The notes under the pieces: model-generated
The model's database searches: none
The model's input: only the letters and a program-made list of their open reading frames with translations
Told to the model about the DNA's origin: nothing
Shown here: one piece after another, positions 9,597 to 20,291 of the stretch
How positions within the stretch are numbered: the stretch's first letter is position 1
Layout: each line of letters opens with the position of its first letter
Source of the DNA: Cyanophyceae cyanobacterium
GTDB taxonomy: Bacteria; Cyanobacteriota; Cyanobacteriia; Cyanobacteriales; Laspinemataceae
DNA length: 64,000 nt
Assembly: GCA_038321985.1 (NCBI GenBank)
Contig: JBBQFN010000008.1
Location: forward strand, 1 to 64,000
Reading direction: 5' to 3'
Position numbers and translations under genes: made by a program

Positions 9597-10370
9597 TCAA
9601 GCAAAGGTAGAGGAACCGAAATCTGGCGGCACATCCTGAATTCGCCCAGGACCGATCGCCTGGATTGCCTCTTTCAGAGAAACATCCCCGGTATAGAGTG
9701 CTCGTCCCACAATTACACTCGTCACACCCTGGGGTTCTAGAGAGAGCAAACTGAGCAGATCCGTCAAGGAACTCACCCCACCGGAGGCTACAATCGGAAT
9801 ATTGACGGCCCCGGCAAGTTCGCGTAAGGCGGGAATATTGGGTCCAGCTAGAGTGCCGTCCCGATGAATATCAGTATAGATAATTGCCGCTACGCCTAAA
9901 GAGACCATTTGTTGAGCGAGTACCGTGGCCAATACTTCCGAGGTTTCCAGCCATCCCCGAGTGGCTACTTTGCCCTCTCGTGCATCAATTCCCACTACAA
10001 TGTGTCCCGGAAATTCTTGGGCGAGTTGCTGGACAAGTTCTGGTTTTTCGACTGCCACAGTGCCGAGAATGGCGCGATCGACGCCTAGGGATAAAAGATT
10101 AGAAACCGAGGCATAGTCTCGCAAACCACCGCCGACTTGGATCGGGACTGAGACGGCGCGGGCGATCGCCTCAATGGATTGGAGGTTACGCGGTTCCCCT
10201 GCTTTGGCCCCATCCAGATCCACTAAATGCAAGCGAGTCGCACCTTCGTCTACCCACTGTTTCGCCACCGCCACCGGGTCCTGATTAAACACTTCTGAGC
10301 GATCGTAATCCCCCTGATACAGACGGACGCAATGACCCCCTAATAAATCAATCGCTGGAATCACTTCCAT
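9597..10370 (-). CDS. hisA: ProFAR isomerase (histidine biosynthesis)
   Basis: [46 protein letters not shown]. Confidence 0.97.
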   Translation of the reverse strand: MEVIPAIDLLGGHCVRLYQGDYDRSEVFNQDPVAVAKQWVDEGATRLHLVDLDGAKAGEPRNLQSIEAIARAVSVPIQVGGGLRDYASVSNLLSLGVDRAILGTVAVEKPELVQQLAQEFPGHIVVGIDAREGKVATRGWLETSEVLATVLAQQMVSLGVAAIIYTDIHRDGTLAGPNIPALRELAGAVNIPIVASGGVSSLTDLLSLLSLEPQGVTSVIVGRALYTGDVSLKEAIQAIGPGRIQDVPPDFGSSTFA

Positions 10371-10716
10371 AAACAATCTAGCCTCAATTTTTACTCAATT
10401 ACTATGGCACGGGATGGGTGGAAAGTCAGTTATTCCAGTTCAAGTCAACTCCTCCCCCTTTCCCGATCCAATTAATAAGCATCCGTATAGTTTAGCTATC
10501 ACCCCAAGGGGGCATTTTCCGGGACTTGCAGGAGAAGCAGGGGCTTTTCCGTGCTGATACTTCCCCTCCTGCATAAAAAGCTGCGATCGCCGTTAGCGCT
10601 GGAGTTAGCACCCCGGGAATTGCCTCTTAATTGTATCAAACATCCTGCCACTTCCCTAGAAGTTCGGCGCAAACAAAGCCTATCAGTTCCTCACTCTTTC
10701 AAGAAGATCTACCATT

Positions 10717-12183
10717 ATGTGTGCAAAAGGTATCGACGTTTCCGACTGGCAACACCCGGTGAATTGGAATTCTGTGGTTAGCGATGGGATGGGATTTGCC
10801 TTTACCAAAGCAACCGAAGGGTCTAATTTCGTGGCCGATTCCTTCCGCAGCAATTGGGCGGCGATTAAGTCTGTTGGGTTGCCTCGCGGTGCTTATCACT
10901 TCTACCGTGCCAAACAGGACCCCAGAGCGCAAGCGGATATTTTCCTAAGTACGGTTAAACTCGAAGCAAATGATTTGCCGCCAGTTCTGGATATTGAAGC
11001 TACCGACGGGGTAGCTGCGAGTTCTATTATTCGCGATATGAAGACTTGGATCGAAATTGTCGAGAAAGAAACCCGTCGCCGCCCGATTATTTACACTTAT
11101 CCCAGTTTTTGGGAACGGATTGGTAATCCTAAAATTCTTAGCGATTATCCCCTGTGGATTGCTCACTATCAGACAAACAATCCCTGGGTTCCGGGAGATT
11201 GGGATGGTTGGACCTTTTGGCAATACACCGACAACGGCAAAGTCAGCGGAATTAATGGCGGTGTTGATGTTAACTGGTTTAATGTCTGCCGACAAGGGGG
11301 GAAAGGCTCCCACGTTAAGTATATCCAAATGTGTCTGCGGGATAAAGGCTTCAATACAGGGGCGATCGATGGCGTGTTTGGTGCAACAATGCACTCAACG
11401 GTGATGGGCTTTCAACAGGCGATGAATCTTACCACCGATGGCATTGTCGGCATCCAAACTTGGACGGCTTTGGTAAACGGAATTCAACCGTCCAGAGTTC
11501 AACCCACCCCTACACCCATTTATATCCCTACCCCCACTCCGACACCCACTCCCACTCCGACACCCACTCCCAAACTGAACCCAATTCAGTCGGGTCCAAC
11601 TCCCTCAATTCGGTTAATTGATGTCTGTCGTTTTTATCAGGGATTTTCCCATCAAAACCAAGCATTACAGTGGTTACAAGGGCAAGTATCTCAAGCTACT
11701 TTACTTGATTTTACTCGCCGTTGGCGGGGTCAATCTGTGGTTTCATCGCCGATTAATTTTGTAGATGTAGCTAAATATTATCAAGGATTGCCCATCCAAG
11801 ACCAAGCAATTTATTGGTTACAAGGACAGGTTTCCAGTGGGATTTTAACTGAATTTGCCCGGTGGTGGCGTTCGGGGAATCAGCAGATGGCTACTCAATC
11901 TACCGGCCTTGATTTGGTTGATGTTTGCAGTTATTATCAAAGTTTGAACAATCAAAAACAAGCTCTACAATGGTTGCAAACCCAGATTCCCACTACTACC
12001 TTGTCTGAGTTTTCTCGTCAATGGCGCAATCTGGCATCGGTGACGGTTCCGGGTAATATTTCTTTAGTTGATGTGTGCCAATACTATCAGGGATTAAATC
12101 ATCAACAACAGGCGATCGAATGGTTGCAACGGCAACTTCATACTTCCGTGTTAGATGAATTTACCCGCAAGTGGCGCAGTTAA
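10717..12183 (+). CDS. GH25 muramidase with peptidoglycan-binding domain, PT linker and four C-terminal repeats
   Basis: GIDVS, KATEG, GAYHF, PVLDIE, WQYT, VDVN (GH25). IDGVFG...FQ...DGIVG..TW (PG_binding_1). Confidence 0.9.
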   Translation: MCAKGIDVSDWQHPVNWNSVVSDGMGFAFTKATEGSNFVADSFRSNWAAIKSVGLPRGAYHFYRAKQDPRAQADIFLSTVKLEANDLPPVLDIEATDGVAASSIIRDMKTWIEIVEKETRRRPIIYTYPSFWERIGNPKILSDYPLWIAHYQTNNPWVPGDWDGWTFWQYTDNGKVSGINGGVDVNWFNVCRQGGKGSHVKYIQMCLRDKGFNTGAIDGVFGATMHSTVMGFQQAMNLTTDGIVGIQTWTALVNGIQPSRVQPTPTPIYIPTPTPTPTPTPTPTPKLNPIQSGPTPSIRLIDVCRFYQGFSHQNQALQWLQGQVSQATLLDFTRRWRGQSVVSSPINFVDVAKYYQGLPIQDQAIYWLQGQVSSGILTEFARWWRSGNQQMATQSTGLDLVDVCSYYQSLNNQKQALQWLQTQIPTTTLSEFSRQWRNLASVTVPGNISLVDVCQYYQGLNHQQQAIEWLQRQLHTSVLDEFTRKWRS

Positions 12184-12250
12184 GTCGCTTTTCAGGTGAG
12201 GGTTTGAGGATTTTGAGCCACCCCTGAAAAAAAATTAAACTAGCGGGAAG

Positions 12251-12284
12251 TAGGGGCAATTGTTTAGCAGTTGCCCCTATTTTT
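12251..12284 (+). terminator. Intrinsic terminator after the GH25 gene
   Basis: TAGGGGCAA...TTGCCCCTA stem followed by TTTTT. Confidence 0.7.
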
Positions 12285-12431
12285 ATTAAGAAAAAGTTGT
12301 TCGGTATTCTGAAAAAATCGCAACCTCCCGTTAAATTATTCTCAAATAGGATTTTCTACTCATTTTTAAAGGGCGTCAATTGTGGGATACTAGAGCGATC
12401 GCTTTCTAATTGAACTTTTTTCAAAACCGCT

Positions 12432-14879
12432 ATGACTCAATTGTTACCTCAATGTCAACAGCTACAGGCTCAGGTTGAGCGCATTCTGGAATTGTTGCAT
12501 CAAGAACCCTCTTTGCGGCAACAAGATATTACCGCCGTTAAGTCTTCCCTAAAAAAGGCAGTCGCGCCTAAATTTGAAATTGTCTTCGCTGGGGCTTTTA
12601 GCGCGGGTAAATCCATGTTGATTAATGCCTTGTTAGAGCGAGAATTGCTCTACAGCGCAGAAGGTCACGCCACGGGTACTGAGTGCTATATTGAATATGC
12701 CGAGCCGGATCAGGGTCGAGTGGTTCTCACTTTCTTGAGTGAGCGGGAAATTAAAGACCAAATCAATGCTTTATGTGAGCGGTTAGAAACTCAGGCCATT
12801 ACTAATATTAATGAACCAGAAGTGCTACCCCTGTTACGCCAGATTGGGCAAACTATTCTTAATAAAGAAGGGGGAGAAAGTAAATCCCAGGTGGCGAAAC
12901 AAGCGAAGGCATTGATATTATTGATTGATGGATTTACCGAAAATCGCGATCGCATTCATCCCGTCAATAATAACACCTTTTCAATGGAGCAGTTTAATTT
13001 CTCCAATCTCAAAGAAGCTGCAAGTTATGCGCGACGGGGTAGCAATAGTTCCGTTTTAAAACGAATTGAATATTACTGTTATCATCCTTTGCTCAAAGAT
13101 GGCAACGTTCTGATTGACTTACCCGGAATTGATGCGCCGGTAAAACGGGATGCAGAACTCACCTACCGCAAGATTGAAGACTCGGAAACCTCAGCGGTGG
13201 TATGTGTCCTCAAACCTGCTTCAGAAGGGGATATGACCACAGAAGAGACGGAATTATTGGAAAAGATGCGCTCTAATCCAGGAATTCGCGATCGCGTCTT
13301 TTATGTCTTCAACCGCATTGACGAAACCTGGTATAATACCCAACTCCGGCAACGGTTAGATGACTTGCTGGTAACCCAATTCCGAGATAATACTAATCGT
13401 ATCTACAAAACCAGTGGATTGTTAGGATTCTGGGGAAGTCAAATCAAACAAACCAGCGAACGCGATCGCTACGGATTAGATTCCCTCTTTGCCGAAAGTG
13501 TCAAAAACACGAGCATTCAGGAAGATACGCCTCAATTTGTCAACGAATTTAACCGCTACTGCGCCAACTCCGGGAAACTCTCCCCTAATCAGTTTAAAAT
13601 TGCGGTTTACAGCTACGAAACCCCCAATCAAAACTATGTCCGAATTCTCAATGAATGTGGAACTTCACTCTTAAATCAGCTAATTTCTGATAGTGGAATA
13701 GAGGAATTTCGCAGCAGTATTACCAACTACCTAACCTACGAAAAACGCCCCCAACTGTTTCAAGCCCTCGCCAATGACCTCCAGCCTATTTGTCTAGGAT
13801 TAAGTCGGCATTACGTCCAACAGTATCGGGACCTAGAGAGTCAACCCGTCAATATTGAAGGGTTGAAATTGCGCCGCATGGAACAACTCAATTCTGACTT
13901 GCGCCGCCTGGGAACCGCTTTAAATGAGCATATTACTCAAGAAGTAAATGAAGTCGTCACAAATCAGTGCCTCAGCTTCGAGGAAGACTTCCGCAAACTG
14001 AAAGTTAAAATGGTTTCCCGGATGGATGAACTGTTAAATACCTTCTCTGTAGAAGAAGCCTATCGCCAAGCAACCCTAACCCATCCTCGCAACTCAACCG
14101 CACCGTTACTCGCAATTTTAGTGGAGGCATTCTATTACTTAGCCAATGAATTAGAGGAAGTATTAGCAGAAGAATCAGAACGAACCATTGGTAATTATTT
14201 TTCCTACTTACTTGATCGGGTCCGACGTCAGGAGTATTACCGGGATTTGTGCCGATTAGTGGGCAGTGATGCTGGACTCGAACAGACGATTAAGAATCTG
14301 GAAGTGCAAGTACAGCAAGCCATTCGGGCCGCTGCCAGTACCGAATGCGATCGCTTTGTGCGCGAAAGTGCGCGGTTTTATGATGAAGGCACCTTTTCAA
14401 TTTACCAGTTCCGCAAAGTGCTGCAACAAACCTCGCAAAGTTACGATTGCATCAGCATGAAAGATGCAGAACCGGCAATTCGTCAGTTGCTAAAATTGGA
14501 TTTTGAACCAAAAGTCAAACACACGATTCAAAGCACCTTCCGGCAAACGGTGAATCAGACCCTAAAAACTCATTTATTGCCGTTAGTGAAGCAGCAAGAG
14601 GAGATGATTTTGCAACAATACAACCGGGCGCGATCGCACTTAGAGAAAACCCTGGAACGGGAAGCGCAGGAACAACTCGACAGCAATCAGCTAAATTTGC
14701 AAGAAGTTCAGAAAAAAATTGTAGCCTACAACGAGGTTATTTCGGGAATTAATGGCTGTTTGCAAGCGATGCTTTTAGACCGTTATCAGTTACCTTCTGC
14801 AAATTTGCAAGAACCCATAGAGGTGGAAATTATGGAGGTAGAAGAAGCCGAATTAGTAGAGGTTGGGGAAATGATGTAA
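12432..14879 (+). CDS. Bacterial dynamin-like GTPase (SynDLP/KGK-clade type)
   Basis: G1 GAFSAGKS, G3 DLPG, G4 NRID, HPRN at residues 551-554, Cys8 and Cys776, long helical stalk. Confidence 0.9.
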   Translation: MTQLLPQCQQLQAQVERILELLHQEPSLRQQDITAVKSSLKKAVAPKFEIVFAGAFSAGKSMLINALLERELLYSAEGHATGTECYIEYAEPDQGRVVLTFLSEREIKDQINALCERLETQAITNINEPEVLPLLRQIGQTILNKEGGESKSQVAKQAKALILLIDGFTENRDRIHPVNNNTFSMEQFNFSNLKEAASYARRGSNSSVLKRIEYYCYHPLLKDGNVLIDLPGIDAPVKRDAELTYRKIEDSETSAVVCVLKPASEGDMTTEETELLEKMRSNPGIRDRVFYVFNRIDETWYNTQLRQRLDDLLVTQFRDNTNRIYKTSGLLGFWGSQIKQTSERDRYGLDSLFAESVKNTSIQEDTPQFVNEFNRYCANSGKLSPNQFKIAVYSYETPNQNYVRILNECGTSLLNQLISDSGIEEFRSSITNYLTYEKRPQLFQALANDLQPICLGLSRHYVQQYRDLESQPVNIEGLKLRRMEQLNSDLRRLGTALNEHITQEVNEVVTNQCLSFEEDFRKLKVKMVSRMDELLNTFSVEEAYRQATLTHPRNSTAPLLAILVEAFYYLANELEEVLAEESERTIGNYFSYLLDRVRRQEYYRDLCRLVGSDAGLEQTIKNLEVQVQQAIRAAASTECDRFVRESARFYDEGTFSIYQFRKVLQQTSQSYDCISMKDAEPAIRQLLKLDFEPKVKHTIQSTFRQTVNQTLKTHLLPLVKQQEEMILQQYNRARSHLEKTLEREAQEQLDSNQLNLQEVQKKIVAYNEVISGINGCLQAMLLDRYQLPSANLQEPIEVEIMEVEEAELVEVGEMM

Positions 14880-14989
14880 AGCGCTGAAGTGCAACAGGGT
14901 AGAATGGGTTTCGATGTATTTTACCCTGTTGACAGGATGGTTTTGAAAAGATAAAATACAAAAAGTAAATATTATAATCAAAAATTGTC

Positions 14990-15361
14990 ATGATTAATAA
15001 TTTTGAACCTCTTGAGTCTGAAGAAGTAGTAACCATAGAAGAAGTTTTTAAAATAGCAGTAAAGCAGCCGACTTTTAAAGTTATAGAATTTTTAGAAACA
15101 TTTAAAGAACTAATCAACAAACAAAGTTCTATTTATATAGATAGGCGAACCGATGAAAAAGCCCAATGGTTGGATGATGGGGTCAAGGCTCAAGTGCTAA
15201 GATATGGGGCTAAGAACTGGGAAAAAGGAAAGATTAAAATTAAATTCACCCTAGAATTTTGCCCCGATGAGCCAGAAGTACAAAAGAGCTCGACGCCCGA
15301 TCAACCGGAAACCAGTGAACCTGAATCACCGCTTGATGAGATTAGGCGGATGCAGGGATGA
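14990..15361 (+). CDS. KGK domain protein
   Basis: WLDDGV.AQVL..GAKNWEKGKIKIKFTLEFCPDEPE...ESPLDEIR. Confidence 0.9.
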   Translation: MINNFEPLESEEVVTIEEVFKIAVKQPTFKVIEFLETFKELINKQSSIYIDRRTDEKAQWLDDGVKAQVLRYGAKNWEKGKIKIKFTLEFCPDEPEVQKSSTPDQPETSEPESPLDEIRRMQG

Positions 15362-15402
15362 GCCAATTTCTGAAATGTAACCCCTTAATCTACTAAAAAT
15401 CT

Positions 15403-15648
15403 ATGAGTAAAACTCCTCGAATTCGCATCCCCCCAGAGGTTAGAGCGTATGTGTTAGAACGCGATCGCCATCAGTGTCAAAGTTGCGGCAAAACTGAACA
15501 AGAAACCGAACTCAATATCGATCATATTATTCCCCTTGCCATGGGAGGTTCCAACGATATCAGTAATCTCCAAACCCTTTGCCGTCAGTGCAATCAACGC
15601 AAAAGTGCCAACTTAGACCCCCGGTTTCAGCGTCGGTTTGATTTATAA
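15403..15648 (+). CDS. Small HNH endonuclease
   Basis: CQSC...[23 protein letters not shown]. Confidence 0.92.
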   Translation: MSKTPRIRIPPEVRAYVLERDRHQCQSCGKTEQETELNIDHIIPLAMGGSNDISNLQTLCRQCNQRKSANLDPRFQRRFDL

Positions 15649-15696
15649 TTGTTATAATTTGGATTTAAGGGAAGAATGTAGGGGAAAGATAAAGAG

Positions 15697-15805
15697 TGAA
15701 GGATCACGGATGAAGGAGAAGAGTTTACCGCCTTTTATCCGAATTAAATGCCTTCCACCTTGATGCTTCCACCTTGATGCTTCCGCTTTGATCCTTCATC
15801 CTTCC
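15697..15805. repeat. STRR-like short tandem repeats in both orientations
   Basis: CTTCCACCTTGATG twice, then CTTCCGCTTTGATC and CTTCATCC. TGAAGGATCA (15697) is complementary to TGATCCTTCA (15789). Confidence 0.65.
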
Positions 15806-15813
15806 AATGTCCA

Positions 15814-16503
15814 ATGACCGATGATAAACAAAAGGCAAAAGAGCAAATTTTGTACCTGTTAAAAATGCAAGGTGCCACCAGTGCGACGGACCTCGCAGAA
15901 CAGCTAAAGCTGTCTCCAATGGCGATTCGGCAACATTTACAAGCGTTGCGGGGAGAGGGTTTGGTTGCGTACTCGGAACAACGGCGTCCGATTGGACGAC
16001 CTGTGAAATTGTGGCAGTTGACCGATCGCACTCTAACTATCTTTCCTGACTCTCATGCTGATTTGATGGTAGAATTTCTAAAAAGTTTTGAGTCAGTATT
16101 AGGAGAAGCGGAATTAGAGAAAGTATTGGCGGAACGGACTCGGAGACAAATTCAAGGGTATCGCGTCCAGTTTGCCACTTTAGAAGGGGACGACAGCGCG
16201 AATTCAGTCCCATCCCGACTCGATCGCCAGGTGCAACGCCTTGCAGAAATTCGGACAAAAGAAGGGTATATGGCAGAGGCGATCGCCCAACCCGATGGGT
16301 CCTGGTTATTTGTAGAAAACCACTGTCCAATCAGTGAAGCTGCTCACACCTGCCGATTGTTGTGTCGGTCCGAACTGGAAGTTTTTACAACCCTATTCGG
16401 ACCCCATATCAACATTAAACGGGTGGAACATATCATGGCAGGCGATCGCCGTTGTGCCTATCAAATCACCGGGAATTCTTCATCTCAAACCCACCGCACC
16501 TAA
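15814..16503 (+). CDS. HTH transcriptional regulator, SufR-like/ArsR-type with a Cys-containing sensor domain
   Basis: N-terminal wHTH (AIRQHLQAL...GRP). C-terminal GYMAE...ENHCPI...C..LC..EL...GDRRC.Y. No suf genes nearby. Confidence 0.8.
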   Translation: MTDDKQKAKEQILYLLKMQGATSATDLAEQLKLSPMAIRQHLQALRGEGLVAYSEQRRPIGRPVKLWQLTDRTLTIFPDSHADLMVEFLKSFESVLGEAELEKVLAERTRRQIQGYRVQFATLEGDDSANSVPSRLDRQVQRLAEIRTKEGYMAEAIAQPDGSWLFVENHCPISEAAHTCRLLCRSELEVFTTLFGPHINIKRVEHIMAGDRRCAYQITGNSSSQTHRT

Positions 16504-16505
16504 TA

Positions 16506-18335
16506 TTAATTAATCCGGAACGTAAACGGCATCCGAGTGTAAGCATGGAACGGGTCATTTAAACCTTTCAGGATAGAAACCTCCTCATAAACCTGCTGTA
16601 ATTGTGTCGTTAGCGGGTCTGGTTCCGGAGTGGGAACCCATGCTTTGATGCGACTCCCCAGCAAGCGCTCAATCAGAATTTGTTCAAAGGTGCGGTTTTG
16701 GGGATATTCCTCAACCTTCCAGGCATCGCCGAGTTCCGCTAGTTCCGCTGCCGCTGCGATCGCCTCCTTTAATCCGCCAATTTCATCCACTAATCCCAGT
16801 TGTTTCGCTTCTTGACCCGACCACACCCGACCTTGAGCAATCTCACTTACTTTCTGTTGCGGCAGATTTCGAGACTCGACAATTAGAGTCAGGAATCGCT
16901 CATAAATGCGATCGACCATCTGCTGCACGATCGCCAGTTCCTGGGCAGTTTTCGGACGTGTCACCGTCTCAATATCGGCGTAAGGTCCGGTTTTTACCAC
17001 ATCCCAGGTAATCCCCTGATTGTTGGCTAAAGTTTGGACATTAAATAACATCCCAAACACCCCAATCGACCCAGTAATCGTATTTGGTTGAGCGAAAATT
17101 TTAGACCCGTAGCTAGAAATCCAGTATCCCCCAGAAGCAGCAACATTCCCCATAGAGATGACAATCGGTTTGCTTTCTGCAATCAGTTGTACCTCACGCT
17201 GAATCACTTCTGAAGCTGTAGCAGAACCCCCCGGACTATTCACCCGCAAAACCACTGCTTTAACATCATCATCTCGGCGTAACTGACGTAATTGTTGAGC
17301 AAGGCGATCGCCTCCAACCTGAGTAGAACTTCCTTCGCCATTGACAATCTCACCATCGGCGTAAACTAGGGCAATTTGAGAGGCTGATCGCACCTTGTCC
17401 GATTTCTGGTTATCCCTCACCTCAGCATAACCAGACAGGTTAACTTGCCGGAATGTTCGATCCTCCTCTACATTCCCCGTTAGTTCCTTCAGTTCCGCCA
17501 CAACTTCATCAAAATAAGCAAGGCGAGTAACAAATCCCTGTTGTTCTGCCTCAGTTGCCATCAACATCCCCTTAGTATTCACCACCTGTTGCACCTGTTG
17601 CGCAGTGATATTGGGGTTGCGATCGACAGTTGCCACAAACTCACTCCAGATATCAGTTAACAGCTTTTCCGTCTGTTGCCGACTTTCTGCGGAACTTTGG
17701 GTGAGTACAAACGGTTCTACTGCGGATTTATACTTGCCGACGCGAGTCACTTGAACCCCAACGCCGTACTTCTGCAATCCTCCCGCCAAAAAAGTTGTTT
17801 CCGAACTCAACCCATTCATTTCTATCATCCCGAGAGGATTGAGCAGAATTTGCTCAGCAACCGAGGCCAGATAATATTCCCCTTCGCTCCAGTCTTGGTC
17901 GTAAGCAATAATGGTTTTACCAGATTCGCGGAACCGTTCAAGGGCCTCGCGAACTTCACGCAGGGTGGCAAACCCATTGCTGCTGCTGCCGGAGGAGGAG
18001 TGGAGGTAAATACCCAAAATACGGTTATCTTCCCGGGCGGCATCAATGGTTTCCAGAACCCCACGCAGGGTCATACTGCTGGGGTCCGAGTCATCCGAGA
18101 GGGTTCGCGATAATGCTTCGGCCGTCGTGGAAATGGGTTGAGAGTCGGTGATATTCATCGACAAATCAAACACCAGCATTGAGCTATTTTCTATTTTGGG
18201 TCCTGTATCTTTCGAGGAATTGGCGATCGTACCCACCAGAATGAGCAATCCGCCAAAACTCAGAACACCTAAAACGCCTAATCCGACAATCGTCCCGAGG
18301 ATACTGGCAAAGGTGTATTTCAAAAAATCTCGCAT
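16506..18335 (-). CDS. sppA: Signal peptide peptidase SppA (protease IV, 67 kDa type)
   Basis: VGKYKSAVEPF, LRVNSPGGS, SMGNVAASGGYWI, TITGSIGVFG. Confidence 0.96.
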   Translation of the reverse strand: MRDFLKYTFASILGTIVGLGVLGVLSFGGLLILVGTIANSSKDTGPKIENSSMLVFDLSMNITDSQPISTTAEALSRTLSDDSDPSSMTLRGVLETIDAAREDNRILGIYLHSSSGSSSNGFATLREVREALERFRESGKTIIAYDQDWSEGEYYLASVAEQILLNPLGMIEMNGLSSETTFLAGGLQKYGVGVQVTRVGKYKSAVEPFVLTQSSAESRQQTEKLLTDIWSEFVATVDRNPNITAQQVQQVVNTKGMLMATEAEQQGFVTRLAYFDEVVAELKELTGNVEEDRTFRQVNLSGYAEVRDNQKSDKVRSASQIALVYADGEIVNGEGSSTQVGGDRLAQQLRQLRRDDDVKAVVLRVNSPGGSATASEVIQREVQLIAESKPIVISMGNVAASGGYWISSYGSKIFAQPNTITGSIGVFGMLFNVQTLANNQGITWDVVKTGPYADIETVTRPKTAQELAIVQQMVDRIYERFLTLIVESRNLPQQKVSEIAQGRVWSGQEAKQLGLVDEIGGLKEAIAAAAELAELGDAWKVEEYPQNRTFEQILIERLLGSRIKAWVPTPEPDPLTTQLQQVYEEVSILKGLNDPFHAYTRMPFTFRIN

Positions 18336-18420
18336 TTTGCAACAGTCCTTAATGTTATCTGCGCTGCTTCTGGCGTCTGTGTTTTCAAAACTGACCCGAA
18401 GTTGCGATCGCTTATCTCTT

Positions 18421-19509
18421 CTATGTTAATCTTTCTATTGCACCGTGGGGTTGGAGGGCGTCAGACTCTTTGAGTTGGGTGAGGGTGGCATTGCCGGTAC
18501 AAAACAGAACCGTAGAAAGTTCGGCCTTCAAATCTTCTACCAGGGTATAGACCGCCGCTTCTGATTCCGATGCCGCTTGTAGAAACGGCCATGCTAAACC
18601 GGCCAGGTCCGCACCCAAGGCGATCGCCTTCGCCACATCCAACCCATTTCGCAATCCCCCGGAGGCAATTAAGGGAATTGTAGGGGCGACTGCCCGAATC
18701 GTAGTAATACAGTCTGCCGTCGGCAAACCCCACTCCGCAAAAGTTGACCCTAACCTACGCTGTCGAGAATCTTTCGCCCGTTCCCCTTCCACCTTCGCCC
18801 AAGAAGTCCCCCCAGCCCCTGCAACATCGACTGCGCCAACCCCGGCCTCTATCAATTTTTGGGCCATCTTCGCCGAAATGCCATTCCCAACCTCTTTGGC
18901 AATCACCGGCACGGGTAATACACTACACAACTCATGGATTTTGTCAAGTAATCCTCTGAAATTTTTATCCCCAGTCGTTTGAACCGATTCTTGCAACGGA
19001 TTGAGGTGAAGAATTAACGCATCCGCTTCCAGCCAATCGATCGCGCGGCGACATTCCTCTACCGAGTACCCATAGTTAAGCTGTACCGCCCCTAAATTGG
19101 CAAATAAGAGGATACTTGGCGCAAGCGATCGCACTGCAAAAGTATCCCCCACCTCCGGTTTTTCCACCGCCACCCGCTGAGAACCCACCCCCATCGCAAT
19201 CTGAAACTCTTCCGCCACCACCGCCAAGCGAGAATTAATCCGCTTCGCCTCCTGAGTCCCCCCTGTCATCGAAGAAATCAACAACGGAGCACCAAGAGAT
19301 TTTCCCAAAAACCGCGTCCTTATATCAATATCCTGCCAGTCCAGTTCCGGCAAACAGCAGTGAGTGAACCGATAGCGGTCCAAACCCGTTCCATTCAAAC
19401 GAAATTGCACATCATCTTCCAGGCAGACGCGGATATGTTCCGCCTTACGGGATTGGGTTTCTTCCCCAGAGTTTAAAGGTGAGTTAACCGTTGTTGACAT
19501 TTCAGACAA
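18421..19509 (-). CDS. fni: Type 2 isopentenyl-diphosphate isomerase
   Basis: RKAEHI, SSMTGG, GSQR, HLNPLQE, KEVGNG, GAGGTSW. Confidence 0.96.
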   Translation of the reverse strand: MSEMSTTVNSPLNSGEETQSRKAEHIRVCLEDDVQFRLNGTGLDRYRFTHCCLPELDWQDIDIRTRFLGKSLGAPLLISSMTGGTQEAKRINSRLAVVAEEFQIAMGVGSQRVAVEKPEVGDTFAVRSLAPSILLFANLGAVQLNYGYSVEECRRAIDWLEADALILHLNPLQESVQTTGDKNFRGLLDKIHELCSVLPVPVIAKEVGNGISAKMAQKLIEAGVGAVDVAGAGGTSWAKVEGERAKDSRQRRLGSTFAEWGLPTADCITTIRAVAPTIPLIASGGLRNGLDVAKAIALGADLAGLAWPFLQAASESEAAVYTLVEDLKAELSTVLFCTGNATLTQLKESDALQPHGAIERLT

Positions 19510-19619
19510 TTACAAAAATTTAAGATAGAGACTCTGTAGATAGTTTCTCACGATTGGGGAGATAGGGAAGAGGGGGAAAGTCCCACGTCTCGACTTGCTG
19601 TCGTTTCCCCCTTCATCCT

Positions 19620-20159
19620 TCAAATCGCTTTAATCAATTCCACCCCATCGAGATCGTCGATTTCGTTGAAATAGACCTTAACCTGTTCCTCCTTCGCCGT
19701 AGGTAGGGTTTTGCCAATAAAATCCGGATGAATCGGCACTTCACGATGACCGCGATCGACCAGAACCGCCAATCGAATTAGGGAAGGTCTTCCGTAATCC
19801 GCGATCGCATCCAACGCCGCGCGAATCGTACGACCCTTGAAAATCACATCATCCACCAACATCACCTCCTTTCCCGTCAAATCAAACGGTATTTCCGTAG
19901 TCGCCGGAGTCCTCATCCCCATCTTGTCTAAATCATCTCGATAAAACGTAATATCCAAAGCACCCACAGGCACCTGAATCTGTTCAAGGAGTTCAATTTG
20001 ACTCGCTAACCGATGCGCGAAGGAAACCCCTCGGGTGTAAATACCGATCAGCACTAATTCTGATAAATCATTAGACCGTTCTATAATCTGGGACGCCAAT
20101 CGGGTCACAGTACGGCGAAGTTCTTCTGCGGAGAGGATTTCAATCACGTTAGCACTCAT
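19620..20159 (-). CDS. pyrR: Pyrimidine regulator/UPRTase PyrR
   Basis: [39 protein letters not shown]. Confidence 0.96.
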   Translation of the reverse strand: MSANVIEILSAEELRRTVTRLASQIIERSNDLSELVLIGIYTRGVSFAHRLASQIELLEQIQVPVGALDITFYRDDLDKMGMRTPATTEIPFDLTGKEVMLVDDVIFKGRTIRAALDAIADYGRPSLIRLAVLVDRGHREVPIHPDFIGKTLPTAKEEQVKVYFNEIDDLDGVELIKAI

Positions 20160-20291
20160 GTCTAGTCTGGATGGGAGAATTTATTAGTGATAGCGCAAAT
20201 TGACGGATTTGGTTAGGGGAGATTGGGGAGAGGGGGGAGATCCGGTTAAGACTTACACACCCTTACCTTAAATCCCCCAACCGTTAAAGTT

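Noticed and set aside
11502..11571. C-rich tandem repeat in the GH25 gene
   Set aside because: It simply encodes a (PT)n linker.
15814..16503. Calling this gene sufR
   Set aside because: There is no adjacent sufBCDS, and the Cys region differs from cyanobacterial SufR as recalled. It is more likely a paralogue.
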